From: a virus
Taxonomy: Duplodnaviria > Caudoviricetes
Strand: one strand, 5' to 3'
DNA: 59,778 nucleotides
IMG/VR virus record: IMGVR_UViG_3300020043_002033
Coordinates: 1-59,778 of that record
The notes under the pieces are model-generated. The model did not search any database. It saw nothing but the letters and a program-made list of their open reading frames with translations, and was not told the origin of the DNA. Below are positions 51,015 through 59,778 of this stretch, in pieces. A program made the position numbers and the translations under genes. The stretch's first letter is position 1. Each line of letters begins with the position of its first letter.

Positions 51015-51503
51015 TTAGGCAGAAGCGGGAACGCTAGTACCATCCGAGTTACGCACAATGTACTCAATCACCAGCGTACCGGCACCAGTGGTCAGAACGC
51101 CACCTTTGGTAGCAGTATAGGTGACGATAGCGTCTGTAGAGCCTACGTTAGCCAGAAGAGCAACAACTGCTGCGCTTGTACCAGCTGCCATTGCGTAGGG
51201 GGCCGCAGGGCCGGTAACTGTAGTTGCGGTGTAAATGTCTTGGCCGCCCATCGTCAATTTGACAGTAACGGCAGCAGAATATGCCTCCGTCGTGTAAAAC
51301 TGTGCCGAGGTAATCATTGCACCAGCGGGAAGAACAACAGCATTGCCAGTCAGGCTGGCGTTGATGGCGGCGAAGCCAAAGGAAGCGGAATTGGTCTGTG
51401 CAACGATGGTTGCGCCAGTATTGCGGATAGTGCCAGCGGTGGTGCCGGTGGTGTCCTTAACGGTACCCAGCAGCCAAGGACCGAGGTGAGTAGCAAATCC
51501 CAT
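51015..51503 (-). CDS. putative capsid decoration/minor structural protein
   Basis: A/T/G-rich beta protein, LPAGA.I motif; own promoter; follows the major capsid gene. Confidence 0.65.
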   Translation of the reverse strand: MGFATHLGPWLLGTVKDTTGTTAGTIRNTGATIVAQTNSASFGFAAINASLTGNAVVLPAGAMITSAQFYTTEAYSAAVTVKLTMGGQDIYTATTVTGPAAPYAMAAGTSAAVVALLANVGSTDAIVTYTATKGGVLTTGAGTLVIEYIVRNSDGTSVPASA

Positions 51504-51590
51504 GATTTTTCCTTACATACAAGCTAGGCACATCAATCGGTATGTCGTCCAGCCGGGACTGGTTTGATGTACCGGTGACCCCGGAGTAAC
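51504..51590 (-). ncRNA. candidate cis-regulatory structured leader (pseudoknot next to the SD)
   Basis: GGTACATCAA/TTGATGTGCC stem, inner CCAGT/GCTGG hairpin, loop ACATAC complementary to GTATGT abutting AAGGA. Confidence 0.45.
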
Positions 51591-51593
51591 TGC

Positions 51594-51622
51594 AATATAC
51601 CATGTTGATGTAAACAACGCAA
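51594..51622 (-). promoter_or_regulatory. sigma70 promoter
   Basis: TTGCGT-N17-TATATT with TGn extension. Confidence 0.6.
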
Positions 51623-51623
51623 T

Positions 51624-51650
51624 AAAAAAGGCCCCCGAAGGAGCCTTTCT
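51624..51650 (-). terminator. Rho-independent terminator after the major capsid gene
   Basis: AAAGGCTCC-TTCG-GGGGCCTTTTTT. Confidence 0.85.
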
Positions 51651-51664
51651 TACAGCCCGAGGGC

Positions 51665-52582
51665 TTAGGACGAACCGGGGGAACCGTAGGCACCCAGCGG
51701 ATCGGATACACCGAAGCTATAACGCTCACGGGCTTTGTAGCGCTGGTTGCCGGTGTCGAAGTCACCATCCATGGAGGTGGACAACGGGGTACGCACAAAG
51801 TGCTTCAGGCCGTTCGGAACGTCCGTGGTCAGGAACCAAGCGTTCGTGTCGGTCAAGAAGTGGTTAACGGTATAACCTTCGGGGATCGAACCGTTGTTCT
51901 TCAGCGCGTTGATGTCGTTATCGGTTGTGCCGACACGCAGCGACGTTTCCAGCAGTCGTGTTGCAACGAACTGGAGAGCCGGAGGAACAATCAGTTTACG
52001 GGGCTTGGCTGCAATCAGCAGACCGCGCTCATCCGTCCACGCGGCGATCTGAATAACGGCGGCTTCCAAGGAAGTCTCGTTCAGGTCAGCGCCAGTGGTG
52101 GGACGATTGCTGTTGGTGCCGCCGCCGACGAGCGGGTGAGCCGTCGAGAACAGAACCTGACCGTCACCGTAGGTGGGGTTGCCAGCACCGGTAAAGCCTT
52201 GGTTCAGAATGGCAGCAGCTTTGATCTGCTTGGTGTATGCCATCGCACGAGCCAGAGACTTCGTGTAACGTGCCGACAGGCTGTCGTACAGGTTGTCTTC
52301 CATCGCCTCTTCGGTGATAGAAAAGCCCATAGCGATAGTCTCGTGGACGTAACGTGCGGTCCATGCCTCTTGAGCGTTGTCATAAGCAATCGCCTGACCT
52401 TCGTTCTTCACAGGCGCTGCGGCGAAGCCAGAGAGCTTGGTCTCTTCTTCGAACGAACGCTCAGAAGTTTCGGTTTCGTAGATTTCCTTATGCTCTTCGC
52501 CATAACGAGCATACTCCATGCCAAACAGCGCGTTGAGGCCGGGGAGGAGTTCTTTGAGTAGTTGCGAACGTGAAATTGCCAT
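51665..52582 (-). CDS. major capsid protein (HK97 fold, Mu gpT-like)
   Basis: MAISR.QL.KEL.PGLNALFG.EY, DG..LFSTAHP, YKARERYSFG.SD; strong codon bias, AAGGAG SD, terminator. Confidence 0.9.
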   Translation of the reverse strand: MAISRSQLLKELLPGLNALFGMEYARYGEEHKEIYETETSERSFEEETKLSGFAAAPVKNEGQAIAYDNAQEAWTARYVHETIAMGFSITEEAMEDNLYDSLSARYTKSLARAMAYTKQIKAAAILNQGFTGAGNPTYGDGQVLFSTAHPLVGGGTNSNRPTTGADLNETSLEAAVIQIAAWTDERGLLIAAKPRKLIVPPALQFVATRLLETSLRVGTTDNDINALKNNGSIPEGYTVNHFLTDTNAWFLTTDVPNGLKHFVRTPLSTSMDGDFDTGNQRYKARERYSFGVSDPLGAYGSPGSS

Positions 52583-52592
52583 GATTTACTCC

Positions 52593-53204
52593 TTACAGGC
52601 CAACAGCGTTGGTATAGGTGTGATAACCGGGGTTGATCTTCACCAGAATGTCCGTAGCGGCATCACCGGGGGTAGAAACAAAACCGATAACACGGAAAGC
52701 AGCGGTAGTGGTAACAGCCGATGCGCCAGCCACGACAGAAGCGGTGGAGTTACCAGTGGTCGTAGAACCAGTAGCAACTGCGCCAGTCGAGAAGAACACA
52801 TTCGCGCCAACTGCGGCTTGCGTGACGCTGCCAGCAGATTGCACTTGGAACACTGCGTCGTAATCATCAACCACAGAGGCAGTAATCACGCCGGTCACAC
52901 CGGTTGGGTAGTACTGCGACCAAATTTGCTGGCCTTGTGCATTGACGTAAGAGCAGCCCACAAACACGCCGACAATGCCGGTGTTTTGCGTACCAACGGG
53001 GAAACCGTTCGTAGTAGCATCAGCGCCGGTAGCGGTAGCCACAGCCAGATAGCCGTTGGCGTTGATGTAAACGGGCGAACCGTTGTAGATGTTGGAAGCG
53101 GTGCCAGCCGGATCAATCAGATACGTCCGGGTGCTTCCTGCGTACGGTTGACCACCGATCAGGTTTACAGGCTTTAGCCCGTAGGGTGCAGCAACAGATG
53201 CCAT
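52593..53204 (-). CDS. putative capsid cement/decoration protein
   Basis: A/T/G/V-rich, PYGL.P, GVF.GC.Y, V.DD....F.VQ; directly upstream of the capsid gene. Confidence 0.65.
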   Translation of the reverse strand: MASVAAPYGLKPVNLIGGQPYAGSTRTYLIDPAGTASNIYNGSPVYINANGYLAVATATGADATTNGFPVGTQNTGIVGVFVGCSYVNAQGQQIWSQYYPTGVTGVITASVVDDYDAVFQVQSAGSVTQAAVGANVFFSTGAVATGSTTTGNSTASVVAGASAVTTTAAFRVIGFVSTPGDAATDILVKINPGYHTYTNAVGL

Positions 53205-53221
53205 TTAGGGACTCCTAAAAT

Positions 53222-53677
53222 TTAAGAACCGCGTCCAAACGAGACCTTGGATTGACGCTCACGGAAGAGCGGCATACGAGGATCGTTCTCGCGCATGAAG
53301 TTGTTGTCAACAGAATTCATCTGGCCGTCCGCTTGCTGACGGTAGTAAGCATCGCGTTGCTCGATGAACTCAGTGGGTGTTTTGCAAAGAAGCAGGCCAC
53401 CGATCTCAATGCTGTCGGGGTAGGTCTTGCTACCGCCGCCCATCAATTGAATCTCGGGATGCTCTGACGCCTTTACAGGCTCCCAACCCTCACGCATTTT
53501 TGAGGAGACGTTCATGGGATCGGCTTCACCTCGGGCGCTAACACGAATCCAGCGAAATGCGTAGCCCGGTTCCGGATGGGGATCAGGCAACAGTTGCGGG
53601 GGCATCCACTTTGCAGGGCGCTCCAGCTTTGCGCGGGTTTCGTTTTCACGAGTCAGTTTAGGTCCATTCATGTTCAT
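53222..53677 (-). CDS. conserved head-module hypothetical protein
   Basis: W.PP..LP.P...G...RWIR...REGWEPV...GGLLLCK.P. Confidence 0.7.
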   Translation of the reverse strand: MNMNGPKLTRENETRAKLERPAKWMPPQLLPDPHPEPGYAFRWIRVSARGEADPMNVSSKMREGWEPVKASEHPEIQLMGGGSKTYPDSIEIGGLLLCKTPTEFIEQRDAYYRQQADGQMNSVDNNFMRENDPRMPLFRERQSKVSFGRGS

Positions 53678-54627
53678 TTCCTCATTTCTTCAGCAACCTT
53701 ACGGGCATACAGTTCCAGAGGAACTCCAAGCCTTTTGGCGATATTCACCTGCGTTTGGGTAAGTACGACTTTCTTGGGCGCAGTACTCCTTGTGGCGGGT
53801 GCAACCACGTTCCTTTTATTAGTGCGCTGAGATTGAGCATCAGCGGTTTCCTCAGAGTCGAACTTCTCTGGAAACACTTGCCGCACACGAGAATTGACTC
53901 GTTCGTAATATTCATCAGACCGGGGATCAACTCCTTCTTTTACTAACTTGCTATGCAAGCCAAGAGCGAAGCTGGTCATCTCATCGTCAGAACCAAACCA
54001 ATCGTTTTCCCGTTGCCACGCAGCAGCTTTTTCGTCTACTGTGGTTGGCTGTGGCGTTTGTACCACAGGTTTATCTTCTTGTATAGGGGCAGGTTTGAAA
54101 TTGTTTACACGCTCTGCCTTCATCTTCACCGCAGTCATTTTTTCCTGCGCTGCGACTAGAGCATCTGCGTCACCTGACTCATACGCGCTTTTGTATTCGC
54201 GCTTTGCGTCGTCAAGCTCCCGCTCTACTACTTTCTTGGCCTGCTCAAGAAGAGCTTTCTGCCCTTCATTCAGGGAGCCTTTGAGTTTGCGGTTCTCTTC
54301 CGCAATAGCTTGAGCGGCCCGAACAGCTTCTTCCTTTTCTCGGAGAGCCGCTTCTTTAGCTCGGCGCTCTTCGTGATAACCCTTGGTGAAGTGTTTGATG
54401 CGCTTCTTAGCACTTTCAGAATACGCTTCAAGCTCTTCGTCCGTAGGATCAGAAGGAGGTTCTGCCATTGGTTTGCGGTTTCGATCCTTTTCAGGGGTAT
54501 CGTCCACAATCTCAATTTCAGTATCGGCTTCAGGAGTAACCACCTTGCCGCCTTCACGAGGATTCTTTTTCTCCTCTACCTCGTCAGGAAATACAAACTC
54601 GGTCTTTTCAATTTCTGCCATGATCAC
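53674..54627 (-). CDS. putative scaffolding protein
   Basis: Acidic N-terminus, long coiled coil, W...N.WFG, LT..Q..IAKRLGVP.E.YA C-terminus. Confidence 0.7.
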   Translation of the reverse strand: MIMAEIEKTEFVFPDEVEEKKNPREGGKVVTPEADTEIEIVDDTPEKDRNRKPMAEPPSDPTDEELEAYSESAKKRIKHFTKGYHEERRAKEAALREKEEAVRAAQAIAEENRKLKGSLNEGQKALLEQAKKVVERELDDAKREYKSAYESGDADALVAAQEKMTAVKMKAERVNNFKPAPIQEDKPVVQTPQPTTVDEKAAAWQRENDWFGSDDEMTSFALGLHSKLVKEGVDPRSDEYYERVNSRVRQVFPEKFDSEETADAQSQRTNKRNVVAPATRSTAPKKVVLTQTQVNIAKRLGVPLELYARKVAEEMRK

Positions 54628-54630
54628 TCC

Positions 54631-55035
54631 TTAAACACGCTGAACACCACGCGGGTCTTCAATGGTTGCTTCAACAGAATCGTCATTGATGATTCTGAAT
54701 TCACGACCATGAATCTTCATGCGCGTACCGGAGTTAGGACGAACGATTACAAAATCCCCTACCTTGCAAGACGGTCCTGATGGGAATCGCTTCTCATCTT
54801 TGAACGCATCCGGCCCCATCTTCATCACGAATAGAACGGGGGATAAAAGCTCCTCGTACATCATCGTCTGACCGGCTTTAAGTAGTCCGCCCTCGTACTC
54901 TTCCTTGGCTTCAGGCAGCATACACAGCAAGTGATACGTCTGAGGCTCAGGAATTTGGCTGGCTTTTTCCTCTGAAGTTTTGCCAAGTACCCCCGAAAGG
55001 TCTACGGCGTTTACATCAAATTCATTCATCTTCAT
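54631..55035 (-). CDS. GroES/Cpn10-like co-chaperonin
   Basis: P....L......E...GG.L, MGPDA, CKVGDFV......G......G.EFRIINDD.V.A. Confidence 0.8.
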   Translation of the reverse strand: MKMNEFDVNAVDLSGVLGKTSEEKASQIPEPQTYHLLCMLPEAKEEYEGGLLKAGQTMMYEELLSPVLFVMKMGPDAFKDEKRFPSGPSCKVGDFVIVRPNSGTRMKIHGREFRIINDDSVEATIEDPRGVQRV

Positions 55036-55213
55036 TGTCTTCCAATCGTCGTCGCAGGTCTTGAATGTGCATTTTTACGAGGCCAAGACCGTGTAACACC
55101 CCGCAAATTCTCTGGTACTCACCAAAGTCCTTACACCGCCCATTTTTCAGGGCGTCCGTCATATCGGCCTCATTGAGGCCCATCATCTTTTCCAGTGCGT
55201 CTAGCTCTGTCAT
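55022..55213 (-). CDS. small helical head-module protein
   Basis: L..G...D...Y....G...GL pattern; coupled to the portal stop. Confidence 0.65.
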   Translation of the reverse strand: MTELDALEKMMGLNEADMTDALKNGRCKDFGEYQRICGVLHGLGLVKMHIQDLRRRLEDNEDE

Positions 55214-57765
55214 TCTTTAGGCTCCGGCTTGTTGGAGGCTTTCTGTGCCATCAGTTCCGCATGTGACAATTTTTGTCGGTGAGATTGGTGGGCATGTGTC
55301 AATTTTTGTCCATGCACCTGACCGCCATGAGCCATGCCTTGCTGGTGTTGCTGCTGCGCCATTTGCAACTCTTGGGCGTGTTTCTGCTGCATCATCTGCA
55401 TCTGAGCTTGCTGTTGGGCCATCTCAAGCATGTGGCGTTGTTGCAACATCTCTGGTGTTTCACCGATACGGGATGCCAGTTCCTCCTGTTTGAGGGCAAG
55501 TTCTGCCTGTTTAACTGCGAGATCGCCATCGACCTTTTTCGCCTTGGTGGCGGCTTCTTGCGATTTGATTTGCAGTTCTGCCTGCTGAATTTGAACCAGC
55601 GGGTCTTGCGCGGCCTGTTGGGCTTGCTGTTGTTGGGCCTGACCTTTGCTCTGCGCCAGAACTTGCTGGGCTGCTTGAGCAACAATCTTCGCCAGAGCAA
55701 CTTCCACTTCAGGCGGCATTTCCTCGTCCGGAGGCGGCATTGGGACTCCAAGTTGCTCTTCAACCTTCTTCCGGTAGGAGAACGCCAAATGCTCTGATAC
55801 GTGGGCCATGATTTCCGCTTGCATCTTCTGAGCTTGCGGGGTTTGCCCAATCTGCGCCATCAAAAGCGGGTCTTGCATCATCGCCGTATGAACGGCAATG
55901 TGCGCGTCGTGGTCTTGATAGATGAACGCCTTGACGGGTTTACCAGTAAGGAGAGCCATGTTCTCAGACACCGGATCACGCGGCGTCATGTCGTCTTCAA
56001 TCGGGACTAGCTTGGCTGCGTTCTTGATCCCCAAGACTTCAAGCATCTGCCTATGGAGTTGAGGCAGGTCATAAATCTGCGGCGCACCCTGAGCTAGTTG
56101 GATAGCTGCTTGGTACTGCATGATCCGCTGCGCCATCGTGGAGCTATTGGGATCACTGACAGGAATTACCTCTACAAGAGAATAGTCTTCCCGTTTTGCT
56201 CGGCGGTCACCTGTAGAAGGATCGAACTCATACTCCGTGGGAGCGCTGTCTCGGATGATTGCTGCCAGAAGTTTAAACTCCTGCTTCATCGAGGCGTGTA
56301 CACGGGCTTGAACAGCACTCATCGTTTTAAGAGTGCGCTCCAACAAAGCTAGAGTGGTGCCGACAGGAGCATTAGCACTCATGTCGCTGATCTTCATATC
56401 AGAGATCGCACCCAGCCTACGGGCTTCGTCGGTGATCTGATTCAGAAGAGCCAAGAGGGTTTGACTAGGCTCTTTATACGGAAGCGGCATGATGTTGTCA
56501 CGCACTGTCCCCGAAGCGACATCTACGTCACGGAACTCACCCGGAGCAATTGGGGTGTCGTCACCCTTGATTCGGAGTCCTTTAGATTTCAAACCACCCG
56601 GCAGGTTAGCCAGTGATCCTGCATCTACCAACTGACGGATCAGGCTTGTACCTGCACGGGCGTAGCCGCCAATCAGGTTAATTAGTCCCAAGCCATAAGG
56701 CCCGAAGCCGGGGATGTACGTGTACTGAACGAAGTATTGGTTCTTGATCTTCTTGGTATCTTCCTCGTTCCAATTACGCCGAATAGCTAGAACCTCATTG
56801 GTTCCGCGCTCGATGGTGATGACGTAAGGAAGCGCAATCCCATCTTCGTCTTCATACCCCGGTAGGTCGTAGTCAACGTGGATTTCCAGAAGCTGGAACC
56901 GCTCATCGTCAGTTAGGGTATACCCTTGCTCCTCTGCCTTTTTCTTCTCTACATCCGTGGAAATCTGAACCGGATCGCCAAGATCAACTTCTCTATAGAA
57001 CCCAGCTACCTGAAGTTTCCTGACTTCGTTCTGGGTTTTACGCATCACATGGGTCACACGTTCTGCTGCACGGGCGTCGGAAGCCCCATAAGGAATGATG
57101 ATTTCCTCTGCCGGGATGAAGATAGAAACCTGCCGCCCGAGCGTGGGGTCTTCGTAGACTTTCTTAAACGCCGCCCCTGAGAGGCCGAGGTTGAACAGCA
57201 TCTTCTCATGTTCAGGACGGTATTCCGGCATCTTCTCCAGAATCTGGTAGTTCATGTCCTCCTGAACCCGAGCGGCGGCGTCTTCCTTCATCTTGTCGAT
57301 GGCACCGACGATCTGAGTTTTGACCGGACCGGCGGCAGGGAATGTCTCAGTAGCCATCTCCGCTTGGAAACGAATGGCAGCTTCTGTGAGGACTGTTGAA
57401 TAGACTCCACAAGCCCCAGACCAAGGTTCAGTACGTTCGTCGTACTTCATTCCCAAGACCTCAAGACCTTTTACATAGGCATCTACCCAGTCTTTACGGG
57501 AGGCGATGTCCGCATCTACCAAGCCGATGAGTTCCGAGGACAACATGGTGAGGTCTTTTTCATCCATGTACTCCGCCAGATTTGAATCAAACGACTCACC
57601 CATTTCTGCATCAGGAATGAGGGTGATCTCTACGCTACCATCCGAGAGAGTGACCTGCTCAGGATTTTCAATTTCAATTTGTAGTCCCTGATCAAACTCA
57701 TCTGGAACGATAGAGTCCAACCCCAAAGGGGCTGCGTAAAGGGATTTGTCCATATTGGTAGCCAT
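55210..57765 (-). CDS. portal protein
   Basis: 851 aa right after terminase; EPW.GA.GV, G.AFKKVY.D, PLPYKEPS, Q-rich C-terminal barrel as in P22-like portals. Confidence 0.85.
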   Translation of the reverse strand: MATNMDKSLYAAPLGLDSIVPDEFDQGLQIEIENPEQVTLSDGSVEITLIPDAEMGESFDSNLAEYMDEKDLTMLSSELIGLVDADIASRKDWVDAYVKGLEVLGMKYDERTEPWSGACGVYSTVLTEAAIRFQAEMATETFPAAGPVKTQIVGAIDKMKEDAAARVQEDMNYQILEKMPEYRPEHEKMLFNLGLSGAAFKKVYEDPTLGRQVSIFIPAEEIIIPYGASDARAAERVTHVMRKTQNEVRKLQVAGFYREVDLGDPVQISTDVEKKKAEEQGYTLTDDERFQLLEIHVDYDLPGYEDEDGIALPYVITIERGTNEVLAIRRNWNEEDTKKIKNQYFVQYTYIPGFGPYGLGLINLIGGYARAGTSLIRQLVDAGSLANLPGGLKSKGLRIKGDDTPIAPGEFRDVDVASGTVRDNIMPLPYKEPSQTLLALLNQITDEARRLGAISDMKISDMSANAPVGTTLALLERTLKTMSAVQARVHASMKQEFKLLAAIIRDSAPTEYEFDPSTGDRRAKREDYSLVEVIPVSDPNSSTMAQRIMQYQAAIQLAQGAPQIYDLPQLHRQMLEVLGIKNAAKLVPIEDDMTPRDPVSENMALLTGKPVKAFIYQDHDAHIAVHTAMMQDPLLMAQIGQTPQAQKMQAEIMAHVSEHLAFSYRKKVEEQLGVPMPPPDEEMPPEVEVALAKIVAQAAQQVLAQSKGQAQQQQAQQAAQDPLVQIQQAELQIKSQEAATKAKKVDGDLAVKQAELALKQEELASRIGETPEMLQQRHMLEMAQQQAQMQMMQQKHAQELQMAQQQHQQGMAHGGQVHGQKLTHAHQSHRQKLSHAELMAQKASNKPEPKE

Positions 57766-57773
57766 AGAAATCC

Positions 57774-59279
57774 TCAGTAATAAGCTGCTTTGCGCCGAAA
57801 GCCTCTCGGCTCTTCTCTCTCATCTGAGTTTAGCCGAATAAAGCCGCCCTGCCTAAATCTCATGATCGCTTGGACAGTGGAGTCTGTCAGGTCGTCGTGA
57901 TCCGAATTGGGAAAAGCCGCAATCTGATCCCTGACCTCATCTGCCCAGCGGGTCTCAGGTGACCACACCTTCCCTGAACTGAACACATCAGAGATAGAGT
58001 TCAAACGAGCGATCTTGTCATTAGGAGCCGACTTGGTTCCACGGCTTGGGGTGTACTCCACTACGGGAAGTCCCGTAGACCTCATCTCAAAAACCAGAGG
58101 AGCGCCTGCCGCTTTGGCTTCGATAATGCAAGTGTCAGGCTCCCACTCCTTGTACATCTGAAACGCTTTCTCCTTCAACTCAGGGAATTCCATTCGTTTC
58201 TGAAAAGCATCCAAGAGAATAATGTTTACGTCATTCTCATCGTCGTTTAAGTGGAATAGCCCCCAAGTAGTACAGGCCGAGAAGTCACTTCGTTCATTCT
58301 TGGTAAACGCAGTATCCCAAGACTGGATAATGTAAAAACACGGGGGTGGATCGTCTTTTTCCCATACTTTCCACCACTCTCTTTTGACAATAGCGCCTTC
58401 TTCGCTGGTGGGGTTTTGCTGATACTGAGCATTCCATTTACTTGCAGGGAGTTCTTCCCTCAGTGCTTCTAATTCCTTAATAGACCAGAACTCAGGCCAT
58501 AAAGGATTCCCAGAAGGCATGATCGCAGGGAACTCAATAATCTCCCACTCTTCGTCTTTACCCCTCGACATGGCGTCTTTGAGGATTCGTCCCACCAAAT
58601 CCCTCTTAGACCACCGAGTCATGATCACAACAATAGACCCGCCCGGCTGCAAACGCTGACGAGGGCCAGATGTGTACCACTCATAGGTGTTATCAAATAT
58701 CTCAGGACTCGTGGCCGCTAATTTAGCCTCTTGTTCCGAGTGAGGATCGTCAATAATCAGCAAATCCGCACCCTTACCAGTGACAGTACCCCCCACACCA
58801 ATAGCAAAATACTCGCCATTCTTATTAGTAGCCCACCGACCAGCACTTTTGCTGTCTTGTCTCAGAGCTACATCGGGAAATACCTTCGTATATTGTTCAG
58901 AATCGACAATATTTCGTACTTTTCTACCAAATCCAACTGCAAGATCAGCCGTGTTGGAAGTCTGAATGATTTTTTTCTCAGGAAATTTTCCCAAAAACCA
59001 CGACGGCAGTAAAAAAGACCCCATCTCAGACTTCGAATGCCGAGGCGGCATACAAATAATCAGCCTTTTTAGCCTTCCTTCGGCGATGGCTTCAAACTTT
59101 TTAGCCATCACTACATGGTGTCTACCATGCACAAACCCCGGCCACATCATTTTCACGTAGGCCATGAACGACTTCTGAGCTTTCTCCCTCTCAACGGCTT
59201 CTTTGTACTCAGAAACCTGAGCCAAGAGTTGCTCTTGTTCATGTAGAGGCAACTTAGCCAGCAAATCCTCAATCTTCAC
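57774..59279 (-). CDS. terL: terminase large subunit
   Basis: MPPRHSKS Walker A, LLIIDDPH Walker B, MTRW, SWDTA, IEAKAAG, FPN..HDD..D nuclease; probable GTG start overlapping the upstream stop. Confidence 0.93.
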   Translation of the reverse strand: MKIEDLLAKLPLHEQEQLLAQVSEYKEAVEREKAQKSFMAYVKMMWPGFVHGRHHVVMAKKFEAIAEGRLKRLIICMPPRHSKSEMGSFLLPSWFLGKFPEKKIIQTSNTADLAVGFGRKVRNIVDSEQYTKVFPDVALRQDSKSAGRWATNKNGEYFAIGVGGTVTGKGADLLIIDDPHSEQEAKLAATSPEIFDNTYEWYTSGPRQRLQPGGSIVVIMTRWSKRDLVGRILKDAMSRGKDEEWEIIEFPAIMPSGNPLWPEFWSIKELEALREELPASKWNAQYQQNPTSEEGAIVKREWWKVWEKDDPPPCFYIIQSWDTAFTKNERSDFSACTTWGLFHLNDDENDVNIILLDAFQKRMEFPELKEKAFQMYKEWEPDTCIIEAKAAGAPLVFEMRSTGLPVVEYTPSRGTKSAPNDKIARLNSISDVFSSGKVWSPETRWADEVRDQIAAFPNSDHDDLTDSTVQAIMRFRQGGFIRLNSDEREEPRGFRRKAAYY

Positions 59280-59599
59280 TCTAGTCCTTTGAAGTTGATA
59301 TAGCAAGGCCGAACACTTCGCGCTTTCCCTTTTAGTCTTTTCAGAACTCCTAACTCCACAAGCCGGTCAACAATCACTTTCGTATTCCCAAGCCCGCTCT
59401 TCTTCCTCATCTTCGCGATCTCTCTCAGACTAGGAGCGCAGTAAAACTGTTTCCAGTACTCATCTATACACAGAAACACCTCTCTCTGAGCATTCGTCAC
59501 GATCCTCTCCATGCTTGCTTCAAAACTTAGCTTACCTTTGTTAATGCTCATATCATTGTTTATCAACAACGTCAAGCCTTTTTTGTACTTCACTTCCAT
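59276..59599 (-). CDS. LexA DNA-binding-domain-like winged-helix protein (no peptidase domain); start uncertain
   Basis: T.AQREVF..I..YW......PSLREIA.........V..L...G.L.R..GKARS. Confidence 0.75.
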   Translation of the reverse strand: MEVKYKKGLTLLINNDMSINKGKLSFEASMERIVTNAQREVFLCIDEYWKQFYCAPSLREIAKMRKKSGLGNTKVIVDRLVELGVLKRLKGKARSVRPCYINFKGLE

Positions 59600-59638
59600 T
59601 TTTACAAAACACCTGCACGTATCTGCACTTTTTCTTCG

Positions 59639-59667
59639 TTTGTTCTCAAACGTTTGAGAACGATGTA
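59639..59667. repeat. 29-bp palindromic site, copy 3
   Basis: Perfect 20-bp palindrome GTTCTCAAACGTTTGAGAAC at 59642-59661, upstream of the LexA-like gene. Confidence 0.8.
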
Positions 59668-59750
59668 GTTTTTTTGCTGAAAAATAGTAATAACCATACG
59701 GATTAGTCGGGAATGTTTTTGGAAATTTTTATACTATCCGGGGTGTTTGG

Positions 59751-59778
59751 CTGAAAAGACTAAAAGGGAAAGCGCGAA
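59751..59778. repeat. 28-nt exact inverted copy of 59317-59344
   Basis: CTGAAAAGACTAAAAGGGAAAGCGCGAA is the reverse complement of 59317-59344. Confidence 0.85.

Noticed and set aside
51520-51575. Hammerhead ribozyme in the structured leader (CTGGACGA resembles CUGANGA)
   Set aside because: Core is imperfect and there is no matching GAAA or three-stem junction.
51800-53177. Long + strand ORFs (253 aa and 219 aa) antisense to the capsid and cement genes, and similar shadow ORFs elsewhere
   Set aside because: Typical antisense shadows of strongly codon-biased genes; no SD or protein-like motifs.

Overview
The window is a large part of a tailed dsDNA bacteriophage genome with podovirus-like architecture: P22 gp10-like tail hub, several large internal/ejection proteins and no recognisable tape-measure or sheath gene. 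Left to right it holds: (i) small translationally coupled accessory genes (1-1.4 kb, +); (ii) a leftward block with TOPRIM primase, SF2 helicase, a ParB-like protein, many small hypothetical or membrane genes and an HNH endonuclease (1.4-9.4 kb); (iii) a ~520-nt gene-free, densely hairpin-forming region headed by a C4-like RNA (9.4-9.9 kb); (iv) two PD-(D/E)XK nucleases and a divergent promoter, then a rightward recombination and nucleotide-metabolism operon (exonuclease, MazG-like, ERF, SSB, DUF3310; 10.8-15.1 kb); (v) a 44-kb leftward morphogenesis and lysis region. In transcription order this last region holds a LexA-like HTH gene, terminase, portal, GroES-like protein, scaffold, major capsid, small basic peptides, adaptors, a glycosyltransferase-methyltransferase pair, an S74-chaperone tail fibre, a lysozyme and a 2539-aa polyvalent protein. 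I saw no DNA polymerase, integrase, tRNA, CRISPR array or reverse transcriptase. The most intriguing signals are the large structured RNA upstream of the HNH gene, a 29-bp palindromic site present three times, a short xxGG motif shared by many virion proteins, and a pseudoknot-like leader after the capsid gene. All product calls come from motif recognition by eye, not from database searches.
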